Shown: positions 39,101 to 53,379 of the stretch, piece by piece
Numbering within the stretch: position 1 is the stretch's first letter
How the letters are laid out: each line of letters opens with the position of its first letter
Assembly: GCF_004010195.1 (NCBI RefSeq)
Contig: NC_057718.1
Coordinates: 55,420,422-55,484,421 of the forward strand
Origin: Chiloscyllium plagiosum
Lineage: Eukaryota
Direction of reading: 5' to 3'
DNA: 64,000 nt
The notes under the pieces: generated by a model
The model's database searches: none
Told to the model about the DNA's origin: nothing
The model's input: only the letters and a program-made list of their open reading frames with translations
Program-made: the position numbers and the translations under genes

Positions 39101-42100
39101 TACTTAACTTGTGTCATTTTTGTTTTCAATGGTATTTATTTTTGCATGTGTTTAGCATGTTTAAACCTTAATTATTAAAGTTCACCTTATATTTAATGTT
39201 TGTTAACTTTGTGTTTGTGTTTCTGAAAGAGCATTGTCATAGTTTTGTACATATGTTTCTCTCTCAGAACAGTATGTCTTTAAAGTATTAATGTGAATAA
39301 CTTTAAACTTAAAAGGCCAGAGGTCATAATAACACAAATGCCTAGTATTCTGTTTTGTGTTCTCTCTGAATTTACAAACACAATTTTACTTTGTTAGTCC
39401 TATTCATTTAATTAGATTCTTTGAAGTATTTCCCATTAACTGCAATTTTTTTTTACAGTAGAGGGTGCCTTAGAGTTAACCTACAGTATTCAGTATAACT
39501 GATTCTCTACAGAGCTTTCAATTTTGACCAGGAAGCATCATGCATATATTTCCAGGTTTTTAGATGTTTTCTAATCAGTCTGTTAAAATATGTTACTGGA
39601 CAGCTCTCGAGCAGTTAGGACTTGAACCGAGGCCTCTTGGCACATAGGTAAGAACCAGTGCACCACAAGAGCCTCTTTACTGTCAGCTTTTTATTTTACC
39701 AAATTCTATGGGAAATCATTGAGAAAGATAATTGGCAATTTAAAGAAAGATGTCATCAAATGAGACTGGCAGAATTATCATATGTACCAAATATGTGGCA
39801 GAGAAGGCTATTTAATGCCATCTCAGCCCAAGAAATGGCTTCACTATGAGATTTGTGATATCAAATTAAAAAGTCAGACAAAAATCTTTATTTTGCTCCA
39901 CCCAATTTTCCTTTGTGCATCAGTCTCTTTTCAGCTATTAATGAATGATTTACCTAAAGAAAGTATGAGTGTTATTGTGCCAACGGGCAATTTGAGATAT
40001 GAAAGTGCTTAAACATATTTGTCATGTAAAAATTTTGGAAGGTGTCTGTTTCTGCAATGTCAGGTTTTTTTTTTAATCATGAGTTAATGTGCAAAGTATG
40101 AGGGAAATAAGGCAGCTAATTTTTGCTTTCCCTTTTCTAAAAAAGTTGTATATGTGAAGTCGTATTTGAACGTCTAAAGAGCTATCAGTATAGTCTGTAC
40201 AATATTGGAAAGCATAAAAGGGACAATCAATCAGATTTACAAGGCAATGCTATAGTCACCTGAATTAATTCATATTCGGTATCTGCTTCTAATGTAAGAA
40301 GAATTCAAGATGTTACCTCTTGGCCTGATATGAATTTGCAACTGTGCATATTTGACTCTCTATTAATTGAAACTAAAGCACTAGAAAATATTTTGCTTTA
40401 GCTAACTACATGATGTTTATAGTGTGACTAGATAACTGCAGCATGTACCTTACAAATATGATTCAGAAAAGTTAGAGAAAAGTATTGATAGCATGAAAAC
40501 CAAGAGTGATCTGCATTTCTGTGGCTAAATATAGTGGAATTATAATTCAAATAATTTGGATGACTGGATTCTGAAGATACCCACCCTACCCAGATAGAGG
40601 CTGCAGAGCTGCTGGAAGCTTGGCTGCTCTCTAGGTTGTCAGGATCACACTGCAGCAAGCGGCACGAACAACAAAGCAAGTGATGGACAAGACCTTAGGT
40701 CTGTCTGTTTTTGGGGGTAAATAACTGTGTTGGCTTTGAGTGACTTCTTTGGCTTTCTTAACAACATTTCAAATTCGTAATATAGTTTAAAATGTTATGA
40801 TTAGTCTGCTTAAAATGCTGTATGCATTGAAAGCTGTGTTCCTTCTTTTATCTTATTAAATTACAAATCACTAAATCTAGGTGGTGGAATTGGTCTGCAT
40901 GATGTGATTCATAAACATTAAAATCTCTGCATGCCTAAATGATGTCTTAATTGGAAAAATGTGAATGAGCATAAGCAAAGTCTCAGCTAAGAGAGAGCTC
41001 AATCTATATTGAAGGGGAACTAATTGGAATGTGATAGTACAAGGCTTTTGGTTACCTTGTCATTTTCTTTGTCTGGTTGGGTACACCCTCAAAATTTTCA
41101 CAGTCTTCCCATTAGCATCTGTATAAAGACCACTCTAGAATTAGTTTTTGTTTAGTAAAGTGCATCAGGTTGTCTTGGGGATAGCACATTTATATGCTGG
41201 CATTGATTGATGTAAAACTTTACATCGAGTTTTCCGTTCCATTTCAAAAATCCAGCTGCAGTGCTCTTTGTTCTTGATTCTACTGAAGCAATTTGATGCC
41301 ACATTTTCTCAGCAGTGTCACATCTGAATTACCTTAAGATTATATTCAGCAGACAACCCAAGTAGTAATGGGTTAATCTTAATTCTAGCTGAGAAAAATA
41401 TAAAAAAGGAAAAACGCTTAGAAAAAATCTTATAGTAAACACTTCATTTTTTAAAAAATAGTACTTTGATATAGACTTTGTTTATATTCATTTCATACTC
41501 ATAACAGTTTACCTTGGCGAGGTCACTGTTAAAGTAGCTGTGTGCTTAGCGTCACTGGTTGGAAGAAAAAATTGATATGCAAGAATGCTTTGAATCTGCT
41601 TCCTACTTAGAGGCTGCTGTTACATGTCAGTCATTTCTACTTCAGGGGTTACGGGAGCTTCCTGGTAATTGTCCAATAGGTTCCACTATGTTAATCTTAG
41701 GAATAAAGATTTTCACAAGGAGCAATACCCTTGTTTCTTTCATTAAAATTGGCAATACCAGCAGTTTACTCCGCTCCCCTTTTTCATGAGATTTGGAAAA
41801 TTCGGAAGCGAGCAACCTTTGTTCAAGTACACGTGCACCAGTAGCTTTCTGCTACCTATTCAAGTTATCACATAAAATTAGAAATCAAGTATTAGCACTA
41901 GCTTTATTAAGCATTCTGATCATTATCATTGGGCTTGCTCCTCCATATCCAGATACATTCAATTTGAGCTTGGATCAATGGCTGATCATTTGGAGTTAAA
42001 ATCCTGCTTTTTTTCCCCCCCCCCCCTGCTACTGTAAGAGTCCTATTGTCTCTTCAACTATTTCCTGTTATAACATGAATCCAAGTTAGGACGTTAGTTA

Positions 42101-42322
42101 CCCACATAATTAAATACACTGTGCTGCTGTCCAGACAACCTTTTCTCATCAATTCATAGACATCCATAAATACCTGAATGTACTGTAACTCGCATCCATT
42201 GTATTTATCAATACATAAAATTCATACACCAAAGTTAAAATTTTCAGTGCATGTAGAATGCAAAGCCTCTGGTGTGTGTTTGGTCTCAGTCTCTTTTTGG
42301 ACTGCATTAAAATAGTGATTAA

Positions 42323-42655
<333 letters not shown>

Positions 42656-43678
42656 TAATTTATTCAGATTGTGAACCCTTCTTTGTTTGGCTTGCACCTC
42701 TAGTAGTAAAGAGAGAAATTTGTTCTCGGGCCTTCTCAATTCTGCCCACAATTTCCTGCCTTAGGCCTTGATCTTTTGTTTCTTCTTGTATCTCTGTCTA
42801 TTTTTCTAGCTGCGTAATGTTTGAATGGACAGGCCCCTTAAATTATTTTGCGTGATCTGTATCTTTGAGGTAACTTACAGGCCAACTTGTGCAAACTTGC
42901 ATGGAATCTTTCAGGTCATGGCTGTAAAATCTATTCTGTCGTCTTCACCTGTAAGCAGGAGTGTTTAGCACTGGTTGTTGTATCGGCTGTACTGCATTGC
43001 AACACAGCAGTTATTTTGAGTCATCATTTAGTACTGTAGTAATTCAATAGGCATATTAAGGACTTCTACAGAATGCAAAAAACATTGAGATATGTTAAAG
43101 TTATTTTTATATAGTGTAAAAAGTGGCCCATGTAGAGATAATTTTTAAGAGTTCAAACTGGTTTTGGGAAGAGGATCTGATTTGTGCTATTTGGTAGGTA
43201 TACAGAGGGTTTTCAAAATAGGTGTTAACTAATCAATCTCAGTAAAATGTTCAACATGGAGAATTCCTTTGTGGTTTACTAAGTAAACACAAAGCTAGGA
43301 ACATTACTCAACCAGATGAAGTCCCGAGTTCAATACTCAAGCTATTCCAAGCCAATTGATATTCCTCAGATTAAATGGATCGAACAGTTGAAGTTACGAA
43401 GGGGACAGTCTGCCATGGAAACAGTGTGAAACCCTGGTATGGATGTTCCATAAATCTGAATTGTGTTTGGCTGTTGTATAATAGTTAATGTCAGTATTGA
43501 ATTCACAAGGAGAATTGACTGTTTGAATAAAACACTCATAGGCTTATCGAATCCAGGGAAAATAGTACTTAGAATCTGAGTTTGATCCTTAAGAGAAAAG
43601 TAGAACATCTTAAATTTAACATTATGGCATTGATTGTGTAAATGTTGATATCTTATATAACTGTAGGACTATTAATGA

Positions 43679-43873
<195 letters not shown>

Positions 43874-43954
43874 TAAGTACTTTTTTCTTTGTCCCTTTTT
43901 GTGCTATACTCAACACATGAAACGTGAAATGTATATCTTTCAAATCCATTCTAA

Positions 43955-45180
43955 AAGATCATAAGCTGTAGAAACAGAGTAACCCATTGAGTTTGCTCCA
44001 CACCTTGAGATCACAGCTGAACTAATAATTCTCAAATCCACTTTTCTGCCTTTCCTCCATGCCCTTGATTCCTTTACTCATTAAAAAAACTATATCTCAG
44101 CCTTGAATATACTTAATGACCTTTCCTCTACAGTCCTCGTTGGTAAAGAATTCCATAGATTCCATAACCTCCAATGGAAGAAATTCCTCCTCATCCATTT
44201 TTTAAATGGGAGACCCCTTATTCTGTGATTATGCACTCGGTATCACAAGGAGAGATGTTCTTTCCGTATCTATCCTGTCAGGTCTCCTAAGAATGTCATA
44301 TGTTTTAATAAGGTTGCCCTTCATTCTTCTAAACTCCAATGAGGACAGGCCCAAACAAATGAACCCTATTCTCATAAAACAGACTCTATATTGGGATCAG
44401 CTTTGTGAACTTTCTCTGGACTGCCTCACATGCTAATGTAAATTTCCTTAGAGATGGAGCCCAGAACTGTTCATGGTATTCCTATTGTGGTCTGATTAAT
44501 GCAATGTACAGTTTTAACAAGAAATCTCTATTTTTATCCTCTATTTCCTTTGGAATAAAGGCCAACATTCCATTTTCCTTCACTAGTAACTTTTGAACAT
44601 GGATGCTAGTTTCTTGTGATTGATGCATGAGGACTCCCAAATCTTGTGTACTGCAGCTACCTTAAGGCTTTCTTCATTTAAATAATATTCAGCACTTTTA
44701 TTCTTCTTGTCAAATGCATAACCTTGTTTACCCACATTATATTCCATTTTCCAAGTTTTAATCCACTTGCCTTCCCACCTTTTTATTTGTCATCGGTAAA
44801 TTGGGCTTTGGTACATTCACTTTTCTCACCCAGGTCATAGCTTTTCATGACTTACAGATTGCCATGCCTTATCCCAATTCTGTCTTCTGGTAGTTAGCTA
44901 ATCCTCCATCCATGCCATTATACTACCTCTAACACCATGAACTCTTACCTTATTAAATAGCCTAACATGTGGTATCTTATCAAACATCTTCAACGATTCA
45001 AAATATATTACAGCCACTGTCTCCCCTTTTATGTATCCTACTTCCTACAACCTCAAAAATTCTAATAAATTTTTCAAGCATGATTTCTACTATATGAAAC
45101 CATGCTGTTTGTATTATGTATTTCTAAATACTCTGCTATTACATCCTTTATAATAGACTTTAATATTTTCCCAATAACAT
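43955..45180 (-). mobile_element. Decayed CR1 LINE, RT and 3' end
   Basis: Similar along its length to the 14460-15830 CR1. Confidence 0.8.
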
Positions 45181-45189
45181 ACAGTTACA

Positions 45190-47200
45190 AGATTCTTGCA
45201 ACCTGTGCTGACAGAAGTGGATGCAATGAGGATGAACAAACTGACCACAGCTGTTCAAGTGGGCGGAGGAAATAGATGTGTTGTTGTAATGGTAATGGGC
45301 AGGAGTGCTAAGGAACAGTAAGAAGGATAAATATTGGGATTTGCAGCATGAGCGTAACTTCCGAAGACTGTGCCTGCCCCGTGCCAAGATTAAGGACATC
45401 TCCTTCCTGCTGGAGAAGAACTTGTAGTGGGAAGGTTGTGGTCCAGTAGTCATCATCAAGTTGGTACCAATAATGATGTTAAGACAAGGCAGGAGGTTTT
45501 GCTGAAAGATTTAAAATAGTTTGGAGCCAAACTCGAAAGTAGAACTTCAAAGTTAATAATCTGTGGATTACTACACAAACCATGGGTAAACTGGCAGATG
45601 GTTTAAAGATATGTCAAGAATCTAAATATGTGGTTCAGAGATCGGTGTGGGTGGGTGGAATGGTTTTCAGGCTATCAGGTACTAGCACCGGTACTGGGGT
45701 AGAAAGGAGCTGTTCATGAGATGGACTTCACTTGGGACCAGTGTTGTAGTGAGTCCACTAGCTAAGGCAATAGAGAGGGCTTTAAACTAATGAGGAAGGG
45801 ACTTGTTTGGGAGAAAGAAAGTGTAGCCTTACAAAGCCAGAAGATATGGCAGCATTACAGGGCATCTATTTGGATTGTGATACCCAGTGTGAGACAGGAA
45901 GGGATAGATTGAACAAACTTCAAAAAAACAGCAGTAAATTGGGTCAGGGAGAAAAATGCTAAGAAGATCAAATTAATTTTATCTCTTTACTTGAATTCTT
46001 GTAATATTTAGTACAAAATAAATGAAATAATGGTGCAGATCAAGGTTAATGGGTATGATTTTATTGAAGTTGTGGAGACATGGTTACACAGAGATCAATA
46101 TTGGAAAGTAAACACTCAGGGATATGTTAAATTTGGAAAGAGAAGCAGGTTAGCACCGGATGGGTTAAGTATGATAGCAAGAAATAATCTTAAATCAAAA
46201 AATATAGAATCCATATGGTTGGGGTTAAGAAATTAAAAAGGGTAAGACACTGGGAAGAGTTGTCTATGAGCCCTCCTAACAGTAGCTGTGCAGTATGATA
46301 GAGAAGGAAATAATGAGGATAAGTTAAAAATACATTATGCTAATCCTAGATGACTTTAATCTTCATGTAGATTGCAGTAGCCAGATTGGCAGAAATAGCC
46401 ACAAAGAAGAATTCAGTGTATATATTTGGGGCAGTTTCCTAGAACAATATTTGTGGACCCAACGAGGGATTAAGCTGTTTTGGATCTGGTGATGTGCAAT
46501 GAGATGGGTTTAATAAATGATGTCAGTGTAAAATATCCCTGGGAAACAGTGACAGTAGCAGAATTTTACATTCAGTTTGAGAGGGATCAACTTAGTTCAC
46601 AAACGACGATGCTCAGCTTAAATAAGGATAATTACAAAGAAATGAGGGCAAAACTGGCTGGAGTGAATTAGGAAATGAGTTCAGCAGTAAAGAAGATTGA
46701 GGAACAATACCAGGCATTTAAGCAAATAGTTCATGGCTCACATAAAAGATATGTCCCAACTGAGAAAGAAGGATTCTATGAAAGGGAGAAGCCGACTATG
46801 GTTCACAAGGGAAGCTAATGATAGCATCAAATTGAATGAACAAATATACAATGTGGTAAAGTTTAGTGGTAAGCTGAAGGACTGGGGAAGTTTTAAAACT
46901 GACAGAAGACAACCAGTAAAAAGAGGGAGAAGATAAACTGAGGGCAAACAGCAAGTAATATTAAGACTGACAGCACGATAAAAAGGGACAGGTGGAAGTG
47001 AGCACAGACCCATTACAGAATAAGGTGGGGAAATAATAATGGGGAACCAGGAGATGGCGGCAGAGTTGAATAAATGCTTTGCCTCACTCTTCACGTAGAA
47101 GACACGACGAGCATCCCAAAATTACTAAGTAATCAAGGGGCAAAAGGAGGAGTGAAAATAAATACAACAGCTATCATTAGAAAAGAAGTGTGAGGGAAAC
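45190..47200 (+). mobile_element. Decayed CR1 LINE, ORF1 esterase + endonuclease/linker
   Basis: YDFIEVVETWL, NIESIWLGLRN, DLVMCNEMGLIND motifs. Confidence 0.8.
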
Positions 47201-48389
47201 AACAGAATGTTCCTATTGGATAATTAACTCCTGAAAGAGAAAATAGGACAACATTTTGGGTGTTGCTTGAATATAATTTTCAAGTCATAGATAAAATAGT
47301 TAGAAGATGTAATACTAAGAAGTAGCAAAGCAAAGTTAGCCAATTTTTAATCATGTTGAATTGTATCCGAGCTGAATTAGCAATGGTAATGATTACAAAT
47401 GAAATGCAGCCAAATCAGGTTCCTATTGAACGTCACTATGAGACAAAGTTACTGTGTTTCCTTCACACAGATTTGCAAAAAATTGCTATCAGGAACTTGA
47501 ATTATTTGTATAAATTTCCATTCAAACTGATTCTTATTAGTCTTTCGATTTTTTTTTTAGAGATTCTAGGAACTCATTGCATCCGTCCATGATATTTACA
47601 ATACCTGGTTCATATAGATCAATTTGTAAACTACTAATTGGTCAGACATGTTTACCTGTTGTTTCAATAATATAGTCTCTTCATTGATTTGAGTGAAACA
47701 GTCCATTCAAGTAGTGCTTTGCAACAGTGTGATGCAAATAGAGTTTTTTTACTGTAATTTCCTCTCAAAGTTGAGTTTGTACCATGGTATCGAACTACAG
47801 ATGGCCGATACCCCTTAATACTTTGTGCCATTACTGCGAGAGCCTCAACAATGACGTCAGTTAACAAGCTACTGAGACCAAAAGGGTCAGCCGATCATTT
47901 TGCCTACTATCCAACCATAAATGCTTGCATTGAAGGCTAGATAATGACCTAAGTACCCTAACATTTTAATTGCCTTCCCTACCTTAACCCTAAGGCAGTT
48001 TCTACCTGTGCTGTGGTCAACAAGTTCGTTTCAGCTTGAGATTAAATCTATAATCTTTTTAGTAGGCAGGGCTGTTTATAATGGATAAGATGCTGGGCAG
48101 GTTCATCAATTACTGATATAGTGAAGATTGAAGAAAAGTGATTAGAAATTAGCATTTAGTACATGATTCTGCATTTCTGTTTCACCTATAGGGTCAATTG
48201 TGTGCAAAAATGACTAAACATTTCTAATGGATGCAATTTTAAAAAAAAAATTCAAGCATTAGCTACAAAAGATATATATAATGCAGTCTATTATCTATTC
48301 CACCTTACGTCCCAAAGATGATATTGGGTATGCTTGCTTGAATGGTGTTTGCTGGTTTCTCACCAGCAACTATTCTTTGTATGTACAGT

Positions 48390-48580
48390 TTCTGGATTAG
48401 TGGTGCTGGAAGAGCACAGCAGTTCAGGCAGCATCCGAGGAGCAGTAAAATCGACGTTTCAGGCTATTCATGATGAAGGGCTTTTGCCCGAAACGTCGGA
48501 TGCTGCCTGAACTGCTGTACTCTTCCAGCACCACTAATCCAGAATCTGGTTCCCAGCATCTGCAGTCATTGTTTTTACCC
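48390..48580. mobile_element. Palindromic short Penelope-derived hammerhead element
   Basis: 15-bp TSD ctttgtatgtacagt at 48375-48389 and 48581-48595; inverted arms; (A)TGATGA agggc-tttt-gccc GAAACGTC. Confidence 0.8.
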
Positions 48581-48780
48581 CTTTGTATGTACAGTGTCCA
48601 GTAGCTCACCAGTTGATTGTGGGAGCATCCTTCTCCCCTTTATCCTTTTCAAAACATCCACAAAAACTAAACAGTTTTTTCTGTTAGTAGTTAGTGGATG
48701 AAACCAGTAACTATGGTATGGTTAGTTTTATACTGTGACAGAACCAAATGCAAGTAATGTGTTTTTCTCGTTAAACACAG

Positions 48781-48823
48781 GCTGAGCGATGGCAATGAAT
48801 ATCTCTTCCAAGCTAAAGATGAT
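48781..48823 (+). CDS. SPTBN1: PH-domain exon (LSDGNEYLFQAKDD)
   Basis: cag acceptor, GAT|gtaagt donor, 43 nt, phase 2/0. Confidence 0.95.
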
Positions 48824-49075
48824 GTAAGTTTCTAAATTAGTCAAGGACAAATTTAAGCATTTATTATTTTGTTTGCATTTCATTATTCAGGTTATTTTTA
48901 TTTCCCCAATAATACATTCCTGAATCTTTGATGCGTGAATAAAGTTTTACAGTGTTTAATTGTGTACAAACTCTCTTGTTTCTTAATTGTAATTTTTGCT
49001 AAATGTTCAAGGTTCAGTGTAATCTACTTTGTCCAGTCATGGATCCTTTATTTGTTTATGCATGAAGCAAACTTT

Positions 49076-49850
49076 TGATGAAGGGTGCCGTTAAGACTGA
49101 ATCTTTTTTTTTCTGCATTTTGATTGTGGACCAAAATGGGAAAAGGACTTTTTTTTTAAATTATTGAACATGATAAATGCAACTTACTAAAATTCATTGT
49201 TAGTGTTGTTTATGCTACTGTTTGTTTGACCGGTCTGGTTACAGACAGGCTGGCACCAGGGGTAGATACAATCATTAGAAGCTGAAACCACATCTGCAGC
49301 TATAAGAGAGATTATTCTCTTCAAAGAAGGGTGTTTGTTAAGCTAGATATGCTTGCACAAACAGCAATAAGTATCTGCATCTTGCTTCTGCAGAAGTCAC
49401 AAGGCAGAATCATGAGGGTGTATACCAAGAAATAACTAACCGAAAAGGGAGGTGGTCAACTGGTAGAAACAGATGTATCGACATGACAGTTGCAATTGTC
49501 ACGCACATTGGGAGTTAATATGAACAAGATAACCAAATAAGACCCAGTGTTGCGTCAGCAAAGTAATAAGACTCAGCTATCAAGGCGGGGCGGGGGGGGT
49601 TGCACGCTAACAACAGTTAGATGTGGTAAGCCGATTAGATTAGCAGATGCACAGAACAATACAACTGTCACATATGAGGTAAAAGGGGAGGTACAGAGAG
49701 GCTCATAGAAAACTATATAAATGTGCAATAAAATTATTCAGAAGTGTCCCTACTTTGTGGTCACCCGGGCTTGCAAGAACGTATGAATAAAGACTGCTTC
49801 AGAATTAGACTCGGACTGAAATTATTGAACAGTGAGCTTCATTTCTCACA
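49076..49850 (+). mobile_element. Probable solo LTR
   Basis: TG...CA ends, ACTTT duplicated at 49071-49075 and 49851-49855, TATATAAA at 49714, AATAAA at 49727 and 49786; 5' boundary less certain. Confidence 0.55.
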
Positions 49851-51012
49851 ACTTTGAGGATCAAAGATTGGCATCAGTAATGACTGGTGATTACAAGCTG
49901 ATCCATAAAACCTTTTTCTTGTTAGTCTTAAATTTGAAAGGTTGGAAAATGTGTGTTTGAAGGGAAGGCAAGTAGACAAGGTAAGGATGTCATCCATAGA
50001 TGATAGCTACTCCCAGGATGACTTCTCAAATCAGAAAGTACTAGGGGTGGAGGAAAAAAATCAAAAGCCAAAGTTATTTTCTTTGTCACAAGGTGGGTCA
50101 CGTTTGTCAGAATGCCAGAAATTGCTAAGTTATCAGAACTTGTAAGAATGAGTCAAAAAAAGAAACTCAAAAGGAAAAGGCCACAGCTGAAACTGTAGCT
50201 GTAACTGCACTGAAGAGAGAGGAGGTAAACACTGCTGAGATTATATGGGTCAGATGACAGACTAGCACTGGGGGTGTGTACAAAATGAGTCCTGGCTGGC
50301 AACAAATAGCTAATTGTTTCGTGGAGATGTGATCAGTTGTAGATGACAAATTGTCTCTCTGCCAATAACTATGTGGTTGGTTCCTGGGTAGCTGGACAGC
50401 TTGAGGATGTGAACAATATTGCCAAAAGCCATTGGTTCCCCAGAAGGGGAATTAGTGTGTCTCTGCAATAAAAGTAAGTGAAGCTTGAAGAAAGCCAGTT
50501 ATTTTCTCCCATCAGTCGGTGTAAGCTGTTGGTTTTGATGAATAAGTCAGACACTTAACAATTTGTGGCATAGTTGCTCTCCAAACATGGCAAGGAAGTG
50601 AAAGTATCTGGAAAAGAGAGGTCGAAGAACATCAAGGCCATTAAAATGCCTTTGCAGATTTTCCTTCCACCCATAACACTTTTTTTCTGTCTGTGTTTGT
50701 CTATATGTTTGTCTAAGGAAGTGTTTTATAAGAGATTTAAAATTATAACTCCTACAGTTACATGTCAACAGTCCTAGTTGTTTATCTGCAGCTAGGGTTA
50801 AATTATATATAATAAATAGCTAATGTTGTTAAGACAGAAAGCTGGTTTTCCGTTTTCCTGGCTTTACAAAGTAAGATAATTTGCACACTTTGATAAAATC
50901 TTTAACTTTTGTGATGATGCCTGGAATAATGGACTTGATTTCCAGCATCCTACCCCAGTGAGACAGTACTATAAATATTTTAACTTGGTGACAACCTCAT
51001 TTTTTAAAACAG

Positions 51013-51228
51013 GAGGAAATGAACAGCTGGATTCAAGCTATCACCTCGACTGTGTCTACAGACAAGAGTGAGGCAACTCCAAGCAGTCAGAGTACCCCAG
51101 CAGCTAGTCGTGCACAGACCCTACCAGCCAGTGTTGTCTTGACTGGGGAATCCAGCCCTGGGAGACGAGAAAAAGACAAAGAGAAAGACAAAGAGAAGAG
51201 ATTCAGTCTGTTTGGCAAGAAGAAATAA
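51013..51228 (+). CDS. SPTBN1: Terminal coding exon of the long isoform (EEMNSWIQAI...KEKDKEKRFSLFGKKK*)
   Basis: cag acceptor; characteristic SPTBN1 C-terminus; TAA at 51226-51228. Confidence 0.97.
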   Translation, partial: EEMNSWIQAITSTVSTDKSEATPSSQSTPAASRAQTLPASVVLTGESSPGRREKDKEKDKEKRFSLFGKKK

Positions 51229-52890
51229 AGCAGCTCAACAGCCTTCGTTTCTTTATCAACAAAACTCCAGCATGAGCATTTAGAACCAGTGCATTATACT
51301 TTGTGCCTCATGTACCTCAAGCCAGTTAGTTTTAATTTATGGAGATCATCAAAGAGTTGCTTAATCTCTAGAATGTGAGGTGCATTTGGCAGTTTTCATT
51401 TACAATTAAAGGGCCAGTTGTTGATGATTTATATGTAGTTTAGGATCCAAATATCTAAATTTCTCCTCAATTTTGTGAGGCTGTCTTGGAAATAAAACAA
51501 CTTACATCCATGTGCTACTGGAATGCAAGGCAGCAATGCTTTTGAAATCTTTTATTGTGCACATGGAATATGGATTAAAAAGATCCAAAATACTTGTCCA
51601 ACTCCATTTATCAAAGTTGCTATTCCTGAGTCTTGGCTAGTAGAAACTTCCATTTTACATTTATTTAAAACGTATATTGTATCATCTTTGCTATGACAAA
51701 AGGCAAATGTGCATTAATTTGCATTTTAACTAAATAAAAATCATGTTAGCCTGGCAGCAGATATTAACAGAAACTATTGGGTTTTTGTGCAGCAAGCGTG
51801 AATAAAGAATGTTGGTATATAAGAATGAATTAGTATACTGATTCACTTTTAAATAATCTGTAATTTTAACTTCCTTTTTTGTTGCTCAGTTGCATTATAC
51901 TGTATGTTTCAAATAATTCTAGTACAAAGTATAAAACCTTAGATGTATATTAAAACCTTTCAAAGCATTGATGTTAAGTGTTGAAGTGGGGATTCATTAT
52001 CTGGAAAAGTAATGTTACTCAAATGGTTATTTGCTTGTTGGCTAAAGCACTGTGTCATAATTTTGCTATATTATCTTACTATTTGATACATAGTGTGTAT
52101 TTCTGTCATTGTAACTATTGTAATGAAAAATTCATCTTACTGCACAATCAGGATACATAATAGGAATGAATCCTTGCAAAAACTGGGCCTGTAGTCAAAT
52201 AGTACAACAGGCTTTCCGTTGTATGGGACTGCACCTGTAGAGTTTTACCCTATCTGTTAAAATGTGCGATGTCATTAAATGCTTTTAAAACTTATTGTGC
52301 CATGGGTATTCTTGTATAAGTTTCAATAAACCTTCCTGTTTTAGAGCTAAATGTGGTTTGTGTACACTGTAGAAACCTTTGCCTCAATATATATCGTTTC
52401 AGTGTTCAACTGCTGTATGTAATCACCAAATTCATTACTTCGGAAAGGTTCTTACCAACTTACACCCAGCATTGAACCACAGCAGTTTAAATGCAGGGCT
52501 GAAATGATTGGCAGCAATATGTATTAATCCAAACTGGCTAAGATTGTGTGCACAAAATTTTATTTTTCCATACCAGTTTTCCTTGCATTTCTGAGGGTGC
52601 CTAATATTGCCAAATTACAGGTGGATTTATCTTGTTGGCTGTACTAGTTTATAATCCAATCTAAACCAAATCCAAAATTTTACATGGCTACTTTAATTAG
52701 CTAGGTGTTAATATCCTATCCAAAGCTGTCTGTTGTAAATGCTTTTTGCCAGAAAAATCTTATTGCAAAACATGTAGTTGATGGATTGTAAGACTTGGTT
52801 AGAGTCTAATCCCTTTGTCATTTTAAAGTCCTCAATCATGTCCTCACAAATTATGCACTTTTCTCAATAAAAGTTCTGTAAACCTTCCTG
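51229..52890 (+). other. SPTBN1: Probable 3' UTR of the long isoform with several poly(A) signals
   Basis: Repeat-free AT-rich stretch; AATAAA at 51491, 51733, 51801, 52325, 52866; true end unknown. Confidence 0.6.
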
Positions 52891-53043
52891 ACATCTGTGG
52901 ATTTCAAAACTAATTATCGAGCTAGTTACCTGCATTTGAACATTTTTCAGAGCCTCTACATACACCACCTTGTGAAGGAACTTCAATTGGAGACAGTATT
53001 TGAAATAAAGCTGGACAAAAGCCTTTATACAAGATAAAGCAAA

Positions 53044-53242
53044 ATCCTGAGTTGTAGGTATTTTAAATCAAAGTATTCATTATGACACATGTCTGAAACA
53101 GGCAGGACAGGATCCCAGAACTACTGATCCAGAGGTAGGGACATAGCACTGGACAACAAGAAACCTATACTCCGTTCTGTTCTCTCCCTTTATATCTGCA
53201 GCCCTGCCAGTAGATTTCCTTTGTGTTTATCTAACTTCCAAG
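53044..53242 (+). repeat. 199-bp direct duplication, copy 1 (copy 2 at 55051-55249)
   Basis: Colinear by eye with about 10 substitutions. Confidence 0.9.
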
Positions 53243-53379
53243 AATTGTATTCTTGGAATGAACACAAGATATCAAGATAAAACGTTAATGTTCTGCATTT
53301 CTGCACCAACATGGCATTGGTAATGGACCTTCAATACTTGTAGAACCTTCTGCTCAGCTTCAGACTAATTCAGTGGTAG

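Noticed and set aside
39255..39470. Microexon-like sites (ctctctcag-AACA-gtatgt; ttttacag-tag-agg-gtgcct)
   Set aside because: 4-nt length breaks the frame or the donor is weak; not supportable without RNA data
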